A DNA stretch of 64,000 bases from Tubulanus polymorphus (GCF_964204645.1 NC_134027.1:2078485-2142484); one strand, 5' to 3'; numbered from the stretch's first letter, positions 1 through 15,904 are shown. Notes: generated from the sequence alone by a model not told the origin. Translations and numbers: made by a program.

Positions 1-2429
1 TTATGGTGAATTCGCGTGTGTCGGGATTGATAACAGTTATCGAATACTCAGCTGGGGACATTCATGATTCCCATTATTCAACTATTTTTTATAGGAATTT
101 CTTACCCCCAGCCGTGTTTTGGATTTAGTGGTCTCGCGTTGACTGACTTCAAAACGCGATATCGTATAAATGTCGACTTTCCATTTCGAAAATTTCGAAT
201 GGCACTGGCAGGCGGGTATGACCCAGACGGTTGTTCTAGAGGGGACAGATTTTTAAGACTTTTTCCATATAAAATAATCAGATTACTTGTTGATTAACGA
301 GTGTGAATTGGCGTTGAATAAACATTTGAAATTTCACACACCATCCGAGTATAAGATCATAGTCTGCAAGTATATTTATGAGCCGCCGAAGAGGTTACGC
401 AAATTGCGAAAAACAACATCGAACAGACTCGAGTTTGATCGGGGATATCAGCGTATAGCTGACGAAAGGCCATTAAAACAATAATGCAGACAATTATTTA
501 CGAACGATAGGTCAGCTCCGGTTCAATTTGCAGTCGAAATATTCCATTCGCTGTCGACATTCAGTGACAAATCGTGTCGGAGAACCAAATGGAATCGCTT
601 CCGCGAAAATCAGTGGTGATGATTTGCACTCACTTTATCTAAGTACAATATAATACGGCTAATTTTACGCACTTATTTGGTTTAGAAACGATGTGCGTGG
701 TAAAGAGTATGTTTTTGTTTAGGTCCAAAATAATGAGTGTATAGTACATCAAAATTCAATTTCCACATTCGTGTTTATAAATAGTTGTTACAATTGATGC
801 GAGTGTTGACGGTGTAAAAATTCGACACCATTTTTCGGTTGAAACCGTTGCGCACGATCTTTCAGGCAATGTACGTGACCACACACGAAATGTCACAATT
901 TTTGTGTGATGAATGTATCATCAATCACGCCATCAACAATTTTGTATGAAAAAAGCCCCCTTGACAAAAGGATTTCCAGACGTTCTTTACACAACGAAGA
1001 CGTGGGACAGGTCAGTTTTTAAATCAACCTGCTTTCAACCTCAATACATATTTGATCAGGAAATCGAGGTAGAAATTCAAATGCTCGACTGTCCATGAAA
1101 TTTGGAACTGTTGATACAGACCGTTACAGTCTTGCAGCCAAAAATATAAACTGATTTGAATGTGTGTTTATGGCAGTTTTAGTAAGGTTTCTGTAAGGAT
1201 TTTCCCGGTATTACTGTGTCTGTACACCTGCTATTACCAGACAAACGAGTTTGTTTGTAAACATCTCTGTAACAGTGTGCTTAGAAACTTTTTTGAAAGT
1301 TTGACAATCAGAGGTCAATGCGGATGACGGATGAGTCTGGTGATTGGTCGAGTCGTAAAGCAGTTAAATAGTGATTATTGAACAAGTCTGACGGCAGTTT
1401 AAGTCGATTAAAATGAGGGTTTGTTGACAGTAAACTGCGCTCTAAACAAAACATTGCAACCAGAAAGAATAGCTTTGCTGATTGTGTCGTAAAATATCGG
1501 GCCACCATGCTGTTGTTACTAAGTCAATTGAGTTCACACTTCTGGGTGCGAAGTCTACGTACGGCAACTAAAACTGACAAATTATTATGAAAAGTTCAGA
1601 TTCTTGCAGAAAATGGCTTCTCAGTTTTTTGCGCTTGACAACAAGAAAAAAATAACCAGACTGATAAAGGTTTTCATCTCTACTGCACAGTGCACGGTAC
1701 GGTGCACGGTGCACGGTGTGGTGCATACTCAGTGGATAACTATCTAATAAATGTAAAAGTTCCGTTCGTCCGGTTGAGAAATATAAAAAAAAATCTGTTT
1801 TGTCCTCGTGACTAAGCGATAATCCCATCATTTGCATATTTCGATTAGCGATCGTATAACAGATAACAATCGCTGACCCTGACCATACGCAAAATTCGGC
1901 TGCTAAAAACCGTATCGACGGAAAATTACGAAACCTTCCTCTTCGAGTTATTCTTTAGATTACTTTCCAAATTATAGACGTGAGTTTTAAGCGTTATTCG
2001 TCGCAATATTCGAGATATAAAAAGTGAAGAAGATTGACCCGCGGATTTTAACGGTATTTATCACTGAGTCGATTCTATGACAGGCGTGGATATTTCATCA
2101 ACTATTACTCATCATTATGTCCGCGACAGACATCAAATTATCGTCGCCCGAACAAAGATCGCTAAATCTCCACATCCTGTTTTCATTCATACGAATCATT
2201 TAAAAAAGAACTCTTATCAAGGCGATCCATCTACAGGAGGAGGGTATGTACGTTTCTGGGACTTTTCCCGCCAAAATATATCGTATTTTTGTTAAGTATA
2301 TATCATTCGCGCCAAATTTCAGTCACAATAGGCCCACAGACACGAATTAATTGAAATATTCACATTCAAGAAATTATCGAATGCTAAAAGTTATCTTTTA
2401 TATGTAAAAAAAACATTATCATTACTTAC

Positions 2430-2613
2430 CTAAAGGTGACCCAGATGATGGTTGACTTCGTTCATCTTTTTGCTCGTCTTTACGACTACCAATGATGGCT
2501 TCAATTGAGAAAGCTGAAGCTTTACTAGACATGATCTGTTTCGTAGGTGGTGGACTGACGACATTTCCTCGTTTTTCTTCATCTTGCGAAATATCCTTTT
2601 CATTCGTATCCAT
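2430..2613 (-). CDS. First coding exon of a T-box transcription factor, Tbx15/18/22-like (Tbx20 less likely); gene continues beyond the left edge
   Basis: ATG at 2613. Peptide contains MSSKASAFSIEAIIGS, an eh1/Groucho-binding motif resembling Tbx15/18/22 'LSSRAHAFSVEALIG'. Ends at a G|GTAAGT donor (2430/2429). The T-box itself is not visible in the window. Confidence 0.7.
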
Positions 2614-3039
2614 CTTTTAAATCGAACGATCGTTAACCGTAAAACGCCGTTTTTCAATGAAATGAATGTTTAAGCGATCAAGCGATTGACATTGGCTGAA
2701 CTTCGACGACTGTTCTACGCGTTTTTTTTCTATATTGAAGTCGTTCCCGGCAGCAGCTTCGATGAGATCCTCCAAAATATTCGTCGATATAGTATCCGTT
2801 TGACGAGAAAAGCTGGTAATATTAGAATATCGCGGTACAAAGTGACAAGGATCCTAGACCGACTTTCCTTTTTTCTCGAACCCACGATTATGCACTTGTT
2901 CCTGAGTTGTGGTTGATCTCGTAGCAGGTGCGCGCCGGGTTAAAATTTGGCCAAATCCACCCGAAACTGGTAGTTATGCATTCTTATTCAACTCCAAATG
3001 AATCGAACATGTTCAGTCATTCGCTTTCAATGCGATATT

Positions 3040-3180
3040 CTTTACGATATCGCGGCGGTTATTGGTTGTCTTGCGGCGGGCTGGCTCGGTCTTTGTGGAG
3101 AAGGCGGAGTCCGCATAATACGCTCTACCAGACTCTCAACGCGGAGTCAACAACTCGCGCGGTTTTGATGGACTTTCATA
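3040..3180 (-). promoter_or_regulatory. Candidate GC/CCAAT-box promoter of the T-box gene
   Basis: Local GC-rich patch with GGCGG repeats and ATTGG (CCAAT on the minus strand) about 450-550 bp upstream of the ATG. Confidence 0.35.
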
Positions 3181-6100
3181 TCATCCGAGAATTCATAACG
3201 TGACAAATCATCAGTAAACACGACTGCACGAAGGAAACACGAACGGGAAGGCAGCAGTGGATCACACGCTTCGGCACCTTTCACCCGTGATTTTCATTTT
3301 TAACCAACATTGCGGAAATCTCCATTCTTTATTGGCGTAATAGCGAATATTAACAAGTTATCATCTAAAAATATCCACTCTTCAGTCGTCCATTTCATAA
3401 TCATAAATGTATTGCGCGCACGTGGAGACTTCATTCCTAAGGTGAAAAGAATATTCCGAGAATAGCCGCAGCAAATACGTGTTATATAATATCAGCGAAA
3501 TGTCCCTCGTTTTTGGCGATGATTTCTTTTTTCATTGGAAAAACAAAAATTTGAAAAGTAGAACAGAAGTTGTAAATAAAGGAGAATTTATTCGACAGAA
3601 CTTGGTTACTAACTAATGTAAAATAAAAACATTTCTTTATACTATACACAAAGAATAAAACACAGTAAAACTGTATCTGCCAGTCGAACGGCGTTTCGTA
3701 TTATGTAAACGGAATTTGAGAAAAAACCTACATCCTTTTCATGTTCATTCTGATGACAATGTACGGAGCATTTATTTTGACGCAATTGAAAAATATTACC
3801 GTAAAGCCTTTTACACATCACTTATTTCATCAGATATCTTGTAATAGATGACTTCAGCCATATTGAGTAATTGTGCCAGTTTAACGGTAGCCGTGTGTGA
3901 TATATGACTTCTGTAAAACATAATTAATATCTTCTGTCAAAGTGGATGCACGATCTTCCATCTGCATCCCTCGACGATTCGACACAAAAATTCCGAAGGC
4001 CAAGTAAAAAAGAATCGTGTGTTTTCAACGTCACATAATCTTAACAATTGATAAGGCGCAATGATCGGTCGTCAGGGCTGCGATTATTTAGATATTGGTC
4101 ACGCTGCAGTTCCACTACGTTCAAAAAACGTTTTCCAATACCTCTAGTTAAGAAAACTTTCAACCTAATGTATTGTTTGTCAGCCGTTTGGGCCTCTTGA
4201 CTTCAAATAAAGCCACTATACTGAGTGACGAGCTTGTTGAACGAGATACCAAACAAACGTGCAATATGGCGTCGCCTGATGTGGTCACGTGATTGAGAAA
4301 CCTTTTTATAGTCTTTTTCTGGTCGTCGTCATAATTTTTTTTTTCGCAAAACACTGAATTGAAGGTTTTAACATCATTGGTAGGTAAATTTATCAAACCG
4401 TTTCACATTCAAACGTTTCAATACGGAGGCTGTGAATGGCGTGGGAATTTCAGTCATACACAATGATCTGAACGTATTGTCGTAGTTTGTTTCGTCTAAG
4501 ATTCACCCATCATCAATAACCTAGCTACATTCACAAAATGAGCAATTTCATCAAACTTCACAGAAAGCTTTATAAAACGCATATCTATAAGATCATAATA
4601 CGCCTAAAAGTATCCGGTAATCGCAACATGTGCCCGAAAAATGAATGCGGGAAAAAGTACCAACGCATACATCGTTGTATTATACTAGAAGTCATGGTTC
4701 CGATATCTGTATATATCGTAAACAAACAGTATTCCACACACAATATCGAAAAAGTCTGAAAAGCTCACATAAAACCATTACGTTATCTGTCATGGTCATT
4801 CTCGTGTGAGTTAGACGCCAAAAACGGGATAAACATTCAGTGATGAATGGAACGTTTCGTGAGCAAAAAACTATCGTCTGCCTAAAGATCAGTATTTTTT
4901 GTTATCAACTAAGAAACAGACCACGTGAAACTGTTACTATTTGTTTATACATTTACACTGATATCAATACAAAAGTGGAGATAAATCTTTATCACCAGAA
5001 AGAACTGTTAAAATTCGATGGAAATCGCGAGATGAATTCCGATGCACGCGCAATGGACACTTCTACAATTCGTAGAATACCTAATCTTCAATACATTATA
5101 CAAAATATCATATTCATATATAATCATTCATATCGTTAACGATCACCTACGGTAGGATTTGGGCATGATTTAAGGTAGACTTCACGAGGAAGATCAAATC
5201 TATGAGGAAAACGTCTCGAGATGACGCAAAACATGGCGCCTATGTCGCATTTCATCACAGACACAACGTCGTTTTATCATTTTTAAAACTCTTAGCTAAA
5301 AATATCAAACATATGTAAATTCGGAGCTTGAGATCAGGGTCCCGGTTTGAGAGGTGATGTATTTCTTCAGGTCAGATGAGCCAATTCGCCATTGTTCCTA
5401 TTTACCCGTTGCCAAGTAACCTCATCTGAAGTTCCCACGTTCCATAATGGTGCCTTTCATTTTGCGTTATACCCCGGTTCTAATCATCGATAATACCAGC
5501 CTATATAGACTATATAGTAAACATACAAATGGGAAACATAGCGCTTAATGTTAGGTCTAAACAACTAGCGAAAGAATATTTGAAACATCGTTAAACAAGT
5601 TAAACTTTAAACGATCTTTTAATCTTTTTTTTCCATCTTAATAAATTCAATATCATTAAACAGAAGCAACAGCGCATGAGAATACGTTATGATTTCAAAT
5701 AACTGGTATTCAGTTCGTTTACACTTTTGAGCATAAAAATGATAGATAAAAAATAAGAATATGAATATCCAAGTAATATCGGCGTTATTAAATGAAAGTT
5801 TGTAAACCGGGATTCTCATCATCATCAGTTACATCTGCAAGCGCCGCTTGCTAACCAAGTTTGATAACGTTGAAATTTACTTGTTTGAATAACTTAATGT
5901 TCTGCGACTGAAACTCTATTTGAAAGTAAGATTTTGGTGCATTGCTATTGAAAACCCGAAATTCAGAATGATTTAAGAATAAAAGAATATAAGAATATTC
6001 ATAATGAAATTATAACGATTATTGCTTTTCTTGCGTATATGTTTTTCTAATTTGATCTAAAATGTCTAGTCGTAACGTCATAACAAAGAAATGTCAAGTA

Positions 6101-9100
6101 ACTAAAATAATAAGTGTTTTAGACAATTTGTGACAGATTATTTCTCGAAATGTTTTTCCTTATCACTTAATCGTTGAGATCAGAGTCGATTTTGGGATTT
6201 CGAAAAGACAGATAACAATGGAAACGAAACGATTTAAATTCTTTCCATTTCAAGTAAATAATCGAAAGTTAAAAGTCTTTTGAAAAATGACCGAACCGTT
6301 ATCAGATAATGAGTACTTACGCGGAATACTTGATAATTTGGAGGTCGGACCATCGTGTGCCCCTGGCATCACTTCTCTCTCTTAATAAGACAGCGGCTGA
6401 CACCAATATTGGTTAAACACAGACTCTTCCGGTGCTATGTTTAACTCGATCAATCACCAGATTTTTGACACATTTTCCCATGACTTGTAATCTTCTAATT
6501 TAATCACCAAACATTACATTGTGCGGTGTTTTTATAGTCTACAACTACAACCGTTTGTCGGTATAGACAAATATTCTAAATATGGCCGAACGGATAGAGA
6601 AATACCCTCCCAAAATACAGCAACAACTCATTAATGGATTAACGAAGATTATCTCGATGATTAACGTTTTAACGTGTATAAGTCAATCCATCAAATTTGT
6701 TCAATTTGAAATACAAAAATGGCGAATTTCATTATAAATGGTTTTACCTGTGCTTATACAATTGACACACACCACAAAACCATTGGCAGCCAATTGTAGT
6801 GCAGTGTTATTGTAAGGGTTCATTGTAAGGCAAGAAAAGATGCGATGATGACGGGAAATAAATGTTTCTTTTATCCGACAGTTTTTGTCGAAAGATCCGG
6901 GTGTAAACGGGTCCCGTTATACCCTCCACTCCAATAAAAGAACCAGTTAACATATTATAAATAATAACGTTTCACCGCCTTATACGTGAACCGGTGATAT
7001 AGGAAGGATCTCTTCCTCTCCTGTGGCCAGGTTCAAACCTCGGCTATAGATGCTCACAGAAACCATCCATCTTCACACAAAACAAACTTATATGAATCAC
7101 GATGAATTTCTTCCCGAGCTGTCTGAATTACATATGATTTTATCATGAATATCTGAGACATTGAGTGGAATAGATTCTGACATCAGTTTTATCAATTACT
7201 GTTTTGTTGAGGAGAAATGTATATCTAATTCCTATTTTGTTAAGTTTTTAGACTATAGCACGCTATGAGCTTCACCCAGCATCGATTCATTTCCAAGAAC
7301 AATATTCGCCACTTTGTCACTGCGGCGTCTATTTCCACGACGATATCAACGTATTCGTTGTTGGTTTAACAGATCTCAATAATCTCCTTGCAACTTCATA
7401 AAATCACGATAGCAGAACGCGAACTAATTGTGAAGCACTGCAAGCAGATCTGGACTAGACTAACGTAATTGGCTATTGATTTTACGGCACCTAATTCCGG
7501 GTATCAGGCGACGAATCTAACCCCCGTTAGAGCGATGAGAAGATCTTTTCATCGTCTTCTTCTAGTCACAAGATTTCTCTCTCGGGTCCAGTAGTATTAG
7601 TAATATTTCTGATAGTAATAACTCATGTTTCAGTGTCTGTTTATACAGTCTACATTGACCATGGTTTTTTCTTATATTTGTAGCCAATAAATTGGACATA
7701 ACTAACGCATAACTCCCATCGAATTCTGAGACGGATTCAGTCTTTAGTTTTTTCTAATGAAAAGTCCAATCTGCTTACGTAAATCTACGTAAATGAATGA
7801 GCCGAATTAACGACGTGGACCATTGCAATATAAGGACGACAGATACAGTGGTTGAAGTTGAAACGTCAGATCTCTATGATACGCTTCACCAGAACTCGCA
7901 GAGTTAAACACATTAAACACCTACAAGCAATCTGTTTAATAGCTATACCAGACTTTTATCATTTTCAGGATAAGTTAATATCGACACGCTGTTATATGAT
8001 GTTTTATCAGTGGATCTTAATGCGCCAAGAGTCCAGCCATCTGGCCACTCACTCTCTCTCTCTCACTCTCACTCTCTCTCTCTCTATCTGTTGTTTCACT
8101 GTCGCCCTTTCTTCTTCATTTCTAGTTTATTCGAACTCTCTATTAGATAATGTTCCCTATTAGCCACATGCAGACTAATTTCGTCGATAGATTCGTAGCT
8201 TAATATGTTCGTATTTTTGAAAGTTGTTCATTTCTGTCGTCTCGACATCACCGACGTGGAATAAGTTGTTGTTGTACTGAATTAACGCTGAATTCATATT
8301 GGTCATTTTCGAGCCTTTTGTATACTCGACAGAAGTTAACGAGGAGCTGTATCCCAGGGGCTTCATCTTCACAGAAACTAGTCGCGTCTTAAACCGAATT
8401 CATTTCTCGCAAATAACATTTATTCAACGCGCTGTGATCTTTTTCTGTCGAAATGTCGGCATTATAAAGAGTAATCAACGCGATTATTTCCTAAACGAGC
8501 ATTATCCTGGGAAGATGGGACTGACTAATGAGTTGTAACTAGTCAACGGGGGACATATTAGTCTGTTGTTTAATTGTTGATGAAGTGTAAGTTACATCAA
8601 GTTAATTCGATTGACCCAAAGTCTCGCGGCGATAACCGCTTTACAGCGGCGCGATCAACAACAAGTCGTAATCAAGTTAAAAACCCCTAACCTTTTCATT
8701 ACTGGGCAATAACTATTTTTATATGCGATTAAAGAGATCGCAGAGACGCGGCGATATTCAAGCTGAGTATGTTATTTGCCATGCAACTTTTACGTAATGA
8801 AGAAGTCATCTTTACCGTACGAAATAAGGTTCTGAAATTTGCTTCAATTTCCACACACGAACAATGGTGACATTTCATATTCACCGTAGTTTCATTTATC
8901 CCTTAAAACTTCGAGCCTTCGCGCTTTTACGGTGACGAAAATAATGTTCGAGCAAAAAATAGATTTTTTCGTGTATTTTGTATGGTAATTATCAGCGGTG
9001 CGTTCTACCATCATCGCTATGGCAGATCATGCATCAAATTTCAATTTCTGGCTGCTTGATCAACTCATAGAACTCATAAACCTTACCGTTGATACGATCG

Positions 9101-12100
9101 GTCGGTCAGCAAGAAAATTTCTGCCAAAGATTCATCGACGTGTTTAACAGGCGCATTCAGCTGGATGTGGTGATTGGGGTGCGCTATACACGAACTTCTT
9201 CGAAGCGTTCGTAATCGTCGGTTATGATGTATCAATATACCGAGACAGTTTGACATAAGAAGATGGTCCACTTGATACAACCTAGATCACCTTTCCCGGG
9301 GACAAAAGCGAAAAAATTGAGTTACTGTAATGGGCTTCTCGGTGTTATAATTATGTGCAGTTGATTTGATCAGATGATAAAATTCAACGATGAATTGGAT
9401 CTTGATGCGGCCAGATCACGTGGTCAGATTCACGTCGTTCATTTCTAATTACCAGACTTATATCGACCATAAATGAAAATGGAATTTCTAAGTCATATTC
9501 TGCATGTTCTGCATAAGTCTTCTACGCAGTTTAAAATGGTAGAATTTTTATCAACTGTTTAATGCCATGAAACTGATGAAATGCAGTTACAGTTTACCAG
9601 TTTATAATTTCGTTGGTAGTGTACAAACAAGAAGTAAATTTATGAGGTTTCTACTTGTGAGGTGTGAGATAAAGAGAAGAGAGTTACCGCAGAATCAGTG
9701 TGGACGTGGGAACACCTGAATATTGCACCCTTTAATCACCTACACAAAGTCTAGATAAAACTATAGACGTTTCGTAAAATTAGTTGATTAACGATAGTTT
9801 TGCTTGTAAAGCCTTCCGCTTCACCGCTCGTTATAAAATAGCGAACGATTTGTTTATCGCCAGGACACTGAGAACCATATAGAAGACCATATAGAAGTGG
9901 TTCCGATATTTTGATTTTTTTTCAATGATAATCCAATTTATCAACAACCTTCAACTACGAGACCTGTGCATAACATGTAGAAACAGAAACTGAAAAACGC
10001 ATAAGAGAAATTAGAAATAAAAACTATAGGGTATAGGAGTGAGCGGTCGCTGTGTGGAGGGCAGTGAGCTCGTCTAGGTGAGCTGACTGGTTTACGCCGC
10101 AGAAAAAAAATGTATATTGTTGTTTCTTTCTTTTTGCAGTAACTACAATTTCTTCCTTCGATATCTAGATCATAATATTATACCAGATGTACATATATCA
10201 GGATATTGTCCGGCTATGACAGGCTATTCTCGAGAAATCGGACGCGTCACGCGGATTGATAAAAAGAGATATACGACGACATTTATATAAACGCCATCTA
10301 CATGTACGATTCGACATTAAAATACGTCTGCGACAGAAATGAAGTTAATGTGACTATTTTCTCCGGTTAAGCCGGCGGCATCTGTGATACACTATTAATT
10401 CCGAATTCTTTCTTTTCTATTAGCTTATCTCTGTCGGTCTTCTCGAATGTCTTGCACAATAACTGAGACTTCATCCCCAATTAAGACTATCTCTACCAGT
10501 CGTAATACCGTCAGATTTACTGGAGTCTGTGTAACACGCGAACCGAGAGCCACATTCTGCCGACTGGATCAGCCACGAGCGATCAATGCACATTTTATCT
10601 CTCAAATTAACTGGTTGCCATCCACTCGGATATACCAGAGCCGAATCCCAAGACAGCGCCGCAATCCATTCCAGAAATCCCATTAGAAATTTATAACATT
10701 TAAAGGCCCATAATCCAATCGGGTTTATCACTAAATAGAGCTGTGTCACGAATGCTTCCAGACAAATTTCGTGATTGGCTTCGATCTCATTGTTTTGAAA
10801 TCTTTCTAATTTGATAGCAGTAGTTGGGTCAGGAGTAAATGACACTTTGATCGTTGTGTAAGTGATTTATAAGTAGTAGTCCAATCCATCGTGTCGACTT
10901 ACAGCAAATTGGCTAATGTTGCATCATAATTCAGGACTTATCGATGCAGAACGTAATTCTTGATTTCACATGTGACATCTGAAATGTCGTATAATTGACC
11001 ACTTGATGTCATGCTCAAGTTTCCGTATCAGTAAAAATCAACGACACATCCTGAAAGATGTTCTAGAATCTCTCCCTTTCAGGCCCGTAGCCATCCGGGG
11101 CCGGGCCGTGTTTCAGACCCTACCCATACATAGCACTGTAGTACGATAACCTCTGTGGTGAACAGATGATAAGATAAAAACCCACTATTTACAAATTAAA
11201 AGAAATCTAAAATCGAGAAAATATTTATTGAAACAATCTAAAATATAAGAACACGACGTTTGGATCTCACCCTAGAGATCATCGTCAGGTCACTGTAGGC
11301 CCGGGTCTACACTTTTTGCCGAGCGATCTTTTGAGAAACACCTTTACTTCAAATCCATAAACTTGCTGAACGAGTTTGATAGGAGTCTTAACGGGATCAG
11401 AACAGAAACAAAACTAGCAATGAGAACACAATGAACGTATGTAGGCCTAAACTATGACTTTCTAAACGTATTTCATTCATATTTTCGTGCCAACAACTTG
11501 TAATATCCTGGCTACGCCCCCGTCTTCTCCCTCTGTTAAAGATGTTACTGGAAATAACAGAAAATTGATGGTTAGATATGACACATAGCCATTCTAGTGA
11601 TTAGTTGAGAATGGGTAAATCAAATTGACTTATTAACGTCAATTTATAGCAGCCTCTGGGTAATTAACTTCCTTGCATGTGGCCGGGCGTCATTTACTGT
11701 GTTGTCCTTTTGTTAATTTGCGAACGCGAAATAATTTCAGTCTGAAAATTTTCAATCTCTGTTGTCTCTCCCTCAGGGTGCCGTCACATGACTGACCGGA
11801 CGGCGATAAATCGAGATAACCAGATTGCGTAACACCCACGAAACTAAAAATGTGTTTATACGCAGAAATTGAGCCTGATTTGGGATTTGGTTAGTTTGCG
11901 AACTGAGGTTGGTTTCCGCTGACGTGCTCATGTTGAATAAACTGGTATTATTATGTTTTAATGAACGTGAAAATGGCAGTGAACGCGGTGTCGATGGATT
12001 ACTCGCCGCAATGATTCTATTGTAGCCGTCTATATTGACACATCTGCTCGGAGTTTTTTACTCGATTACTTTCGCTTCGTTTAATTACGGAATCTTTGAA

Positions 12101-15100
12101 TAAAACTGGACATCAATTCTCATTTCATTGCGTCTACGGGCTATGCACAGAATGAAGTCGACGGATTCAAAATACATTTCCGCGTCTCAAAATGTTACCT
12201 GTGTATCCATCCTGCTTTTTTGAATAGAATGCGATGATTACTTTTTCAACAAAGAATTGAAAACTATTTGATTTCATTTTGTTGCCCGTTGGGTATTTAT
12301 CCCCTCAACGGCTTCTTACTCTTAAAGTCAGCGCAATTCCCGGGGGATTTCCCTCACCATAATACGTAACGGTTAGAAAATTCGAAAAGCGGATTGAATT
12401 GATTCACACAATTCGATACTCGCTGGCGCAGATCAGATAGAGATCGTTCGATTCGACGGGTATATTTCAATCACAGAAATTTCATATCAACACGCGGGCA
12501 ACATTTTCAGCAATAAATCAAAAATCTAAGTGCGCGCGCATATAGAAGATAAGTCGCCGAGAACGAGGTGCTATTAGGGCTAATGTAAAAAGCCCGGTCG
12601 ATAGCAGCTATAGCAAAATGGAAAATTTCATCAGATCTTATCTTCCGTAATCAACCCCAGTGGGTTATTAATCATGTGATTTCGGCACAGACATGGCGAG
12701 AACTGATGGCTCTCCGGTTCCCAAGTGATTGCATATGTCTCTGAAACGAGCAAATTGCCACCAAATATTCGCCGGAAGATTTTCTGTAAAGATAAAGCGT
12801 ATGTAGCGACGATAAATTGTAAATTTGTCGAAAGTTGCGAATGCAAGATAAATCCTCGCCCCACGGGTGTTGTATGACACTGAGCCGTCTAGTCTACACA
12901 TCTAGAGGAAGATTGTTTTCATCTTTCCTTTCGATGTAAAACCGTCAAAAATCATCGGCAAACTCTCTCTCTCCCATATTAAGAATATTTCTTTTTTTAC
13001 GAAACATTTTTATCGAGACCCAGCTAAAACGGCGCAATCGTTTGGCACGTGGGATGAAGAAACTGCGAGTGAGCGCGATTTAAGGAGGTGAGATTCGGAC
13101 TTTTTTCGTGTCTGGCGCCAGAAAAACTACTGGCTGTAAATTAGAGCTGAAATCGGGCATGGTAAAATCGACACTATCTGACGACCGCTAGGCGAAATTG
13201 ATGACATTACAGAAACTCTATCAGAAAAACACATGATTACCCCTGAACTATGCGCTATCATGAAAAACCTGTACTTGAAGATAGATCACCAAGAAAGAGG
13301 CAGGTTTGATATTAGACAGCATATTATTTTGTTATTACTGGCAGTGTCAGTGCCGAGTTTCTGTACGAGGGTCTTTTAGTAGTGTGAAATCACGCGTGAA
13401 GAGCCAACCAGTATCGCACCAACTCAATTGTTCCGTGATCTCCGGGCTCAACGAACATAGCCTTCCGCACAGACACTAAAATATTGCCCAGTGACATGTA
13501 AAAATATTGCAGATGACTATGTCACAAAGTTATCTTGTTAGTAAGATTGAGGAGCAGGGATGTTTTCATTCCATTCCGAGTGCCATTTATGGTGAGTTTT
13601 CAATGCTATCTGTGGCAATTGATTTTTGTAATGACGTTTAATTTACCATCCATCTTACTGCGGTGAAACTCGCCAGGAAGTGAGGCCCGTTCGCATAGAC
13701 ACGTTATCGGTTCAGGGTTGCACTTGACTTTTTATCGGTGAATTGAAGCGTGAAAATCACGTATCAGTGCAAGTTTTAGCTATTATCATGTGAACGTTTT
13801 ATCCAGACCACTCCAATACACAATAAACGATCAATTTCTTTCTGGTGCATGATGAGCTTCTCTCCTCGAACCCGCAGTTACTGAGTCGTGAAAAATCGTC
13901 TCAAATATCTGGACTGAAAAGGTAAATGAGTGAGGACGTTTTACCTGATGAAGGGACTATGTATACGTTTGTAGATAAAGCTCGTATTTGGCTTCAATTA
14001 AATCCAGTTAACCTTCAAAGTAGTATATGTCGTTGCGTTTACTGATGAGATTGCTGTGAGCAGGAGGTTGAGTTGTTAGAATATTGGCCCAAAAGCGAGA
14101 ATTCAAACCAAAATGATAAAACCCGCGAATCAAAGCGTTCGTCTTAGTTAAGTATTTCATCATGATTTTGATCGATGTTATTCGATTCTATTGTCATGAA
14201 TAATTCATATTGAAACTGGGAGAACTGTCAGACCACTGTCCACCGAAAACATTTGACATAATTTATAAAACATTCTCGTGGAAGCCACAGGATCAAAATT
14301 ATATTATCATTCCTCAATATGGACTATAATGTTATAAGTCAGTGAGTAATTGCCAGTCTCTTGCACGGATTGTGTATTCGAGGGGCAATTATGGTTCATA
14401 ATCTGCGTGTTATGGCAAAATGTTAGCGGGCATCATTTCTTATATGAGTCGGCCGTCACTTTCACTCAGGCGCCAATGTATCAAGAGTGAGGTAATGTAA
14501 TTTCACTAGGAATACCGACAATGGTTGAACGGCGGTTAGGAAGCGAATAATCGCGTTAGCACGCGGCAACACGCAAGTCATTAGAATTCGAATTGTATAA
14601 GTGATAACTTTTTGACGGATGATGGTTCGGTTTTTGGGCGACACGTTTATTCATCTTTGCGCCCGTAAATCGCATTATCACAGCACCTAGAAGGAGGAAA
14701 ATGCATTTGATTTTCGTGAAATTAAGTTTCTTCCACGATGAGTTTTCACAAATAAATGAAATCATAAACAGATCACCGGGATCTGCCATAACGCGTCGTC
14801 GGGTTCGATCCATTCGATGTATTATATCACTGGTCGCTAAACGATGACAAAAACTAATCCACTAGAATTTAGAACCTATTGTGCTGATATAAACGCTGCT
14901 TCTCAAAGAAAGTAATCCGTCAAAATACCAAATAAAGGTAGCCTTGAGACGGTATTTTGATGTCACCTTGAGTAAACTTAGAATTTGGAAATTCAACACG
15001 CTGAAATGATTGTGTTTTGTGGCTTTGTCGATTTCGCTTTTGCTATTGTTTACTCGAGCTGAATCGACGCGTTAAAATTGAAAATGTTATTTTTTGCCCA

Positions 15101-15644
15101 GATGGAATCGTAATTCATCAATCACTGTAAAAATATCTTACACGCATCGCGCACAAATTATCAAACATTTTCATAATCGATGCGCGATGAAAATGACCTC
15201 AGAAATGGTGAGTAATCAAGCGGAAGAGCAGCCGATATTTTATCTTCGACGGTCATCTTTCCAGATACCGTAAAACAATCGTAACGTCCGGTATTTTTAA
15301 CGCCGAATCGGAAATTAATTACTACCAAATGCCCCACGTTGAAACAATGCATAATGAGACGATCTCATCTGGTCTGTTTTTTAGAACGACAGCCCAAAAT
15401 ATTCGTGAGGGAAAATTGAAGTTGCGCGAATCTGCTTTACTCTAATTCTTTTGAATATCTCCATCATTCAAAATCGTCGTGTAGTGTTCGTTACTATCAA
15501 TGTTCACTTTTGAAAGGAACTTGTTCTTTATCAACCAATGTCATTCTCAAATTACCGCCAAGCTATTCTTTTTCTGGCAAAATCTGAAAACAGCGACTGA
15601 CAACGGATCGTAAGTAGGTTTTTATTCTCTCACTTACTTTTTTT

Positions 15645-15677
15645 TTCTCGTCAGGATAATGTGTTTCAGTTTCTAGT
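15645..15677 (+). repeat. Second partial copy of the same 3'UTR block
   Basis: ttctcgtcaggataatgtgtttcagtttctagt matches 16014-16046 with one mismatch. Confidence 0.7.
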
Positions 15678-15904
15678 CATTTCGAATGTTGCGTAAAACC
15701 ATCGACTTTATGTTACGATGAACTGTTAAAATGATTTTACTGAAGTTTGGACTGTGTAAGTTCCGCGTAAACACTACATATTTCAATATCGAACATATAT
15801 TAAAATTGACAATAGTCTTGTTCCCTACTTGAGAGTTAATTTTCAGTTAATAAAAAATACGCATATCCGGTATGAATATAGACTGTTAAAGTATGAAGTC
15901 ATTG

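Noticed and set aside
64-2300. Short ORFs as further T-box exons
   Set aside because: No T-box motif or convincing splice-flanked frame; treated as intron 1.
2430-2657. Overlapping upstream ORF on the T-box exon
   Set aside because: Starts at TTG rather than ATG and has no recognisable motif.
9655-9670. AGGTGTGA T-box half-site as autoregulatory element
   Set aside because: A single 8-mer in 18 kb is compatible with chance.
11245-11292. Penelope-like terminal motif (also near 18105)
   Set aside because: Only short motif resemblance, with no ORF or repeat partner to support a call.
15538-15600. Short ORF with ILFLA as a remnant signal peptide of the lost paralogue
   Set aside because: The match is too short and the rest is not hydrophobic; cannot be distinguished from chance.
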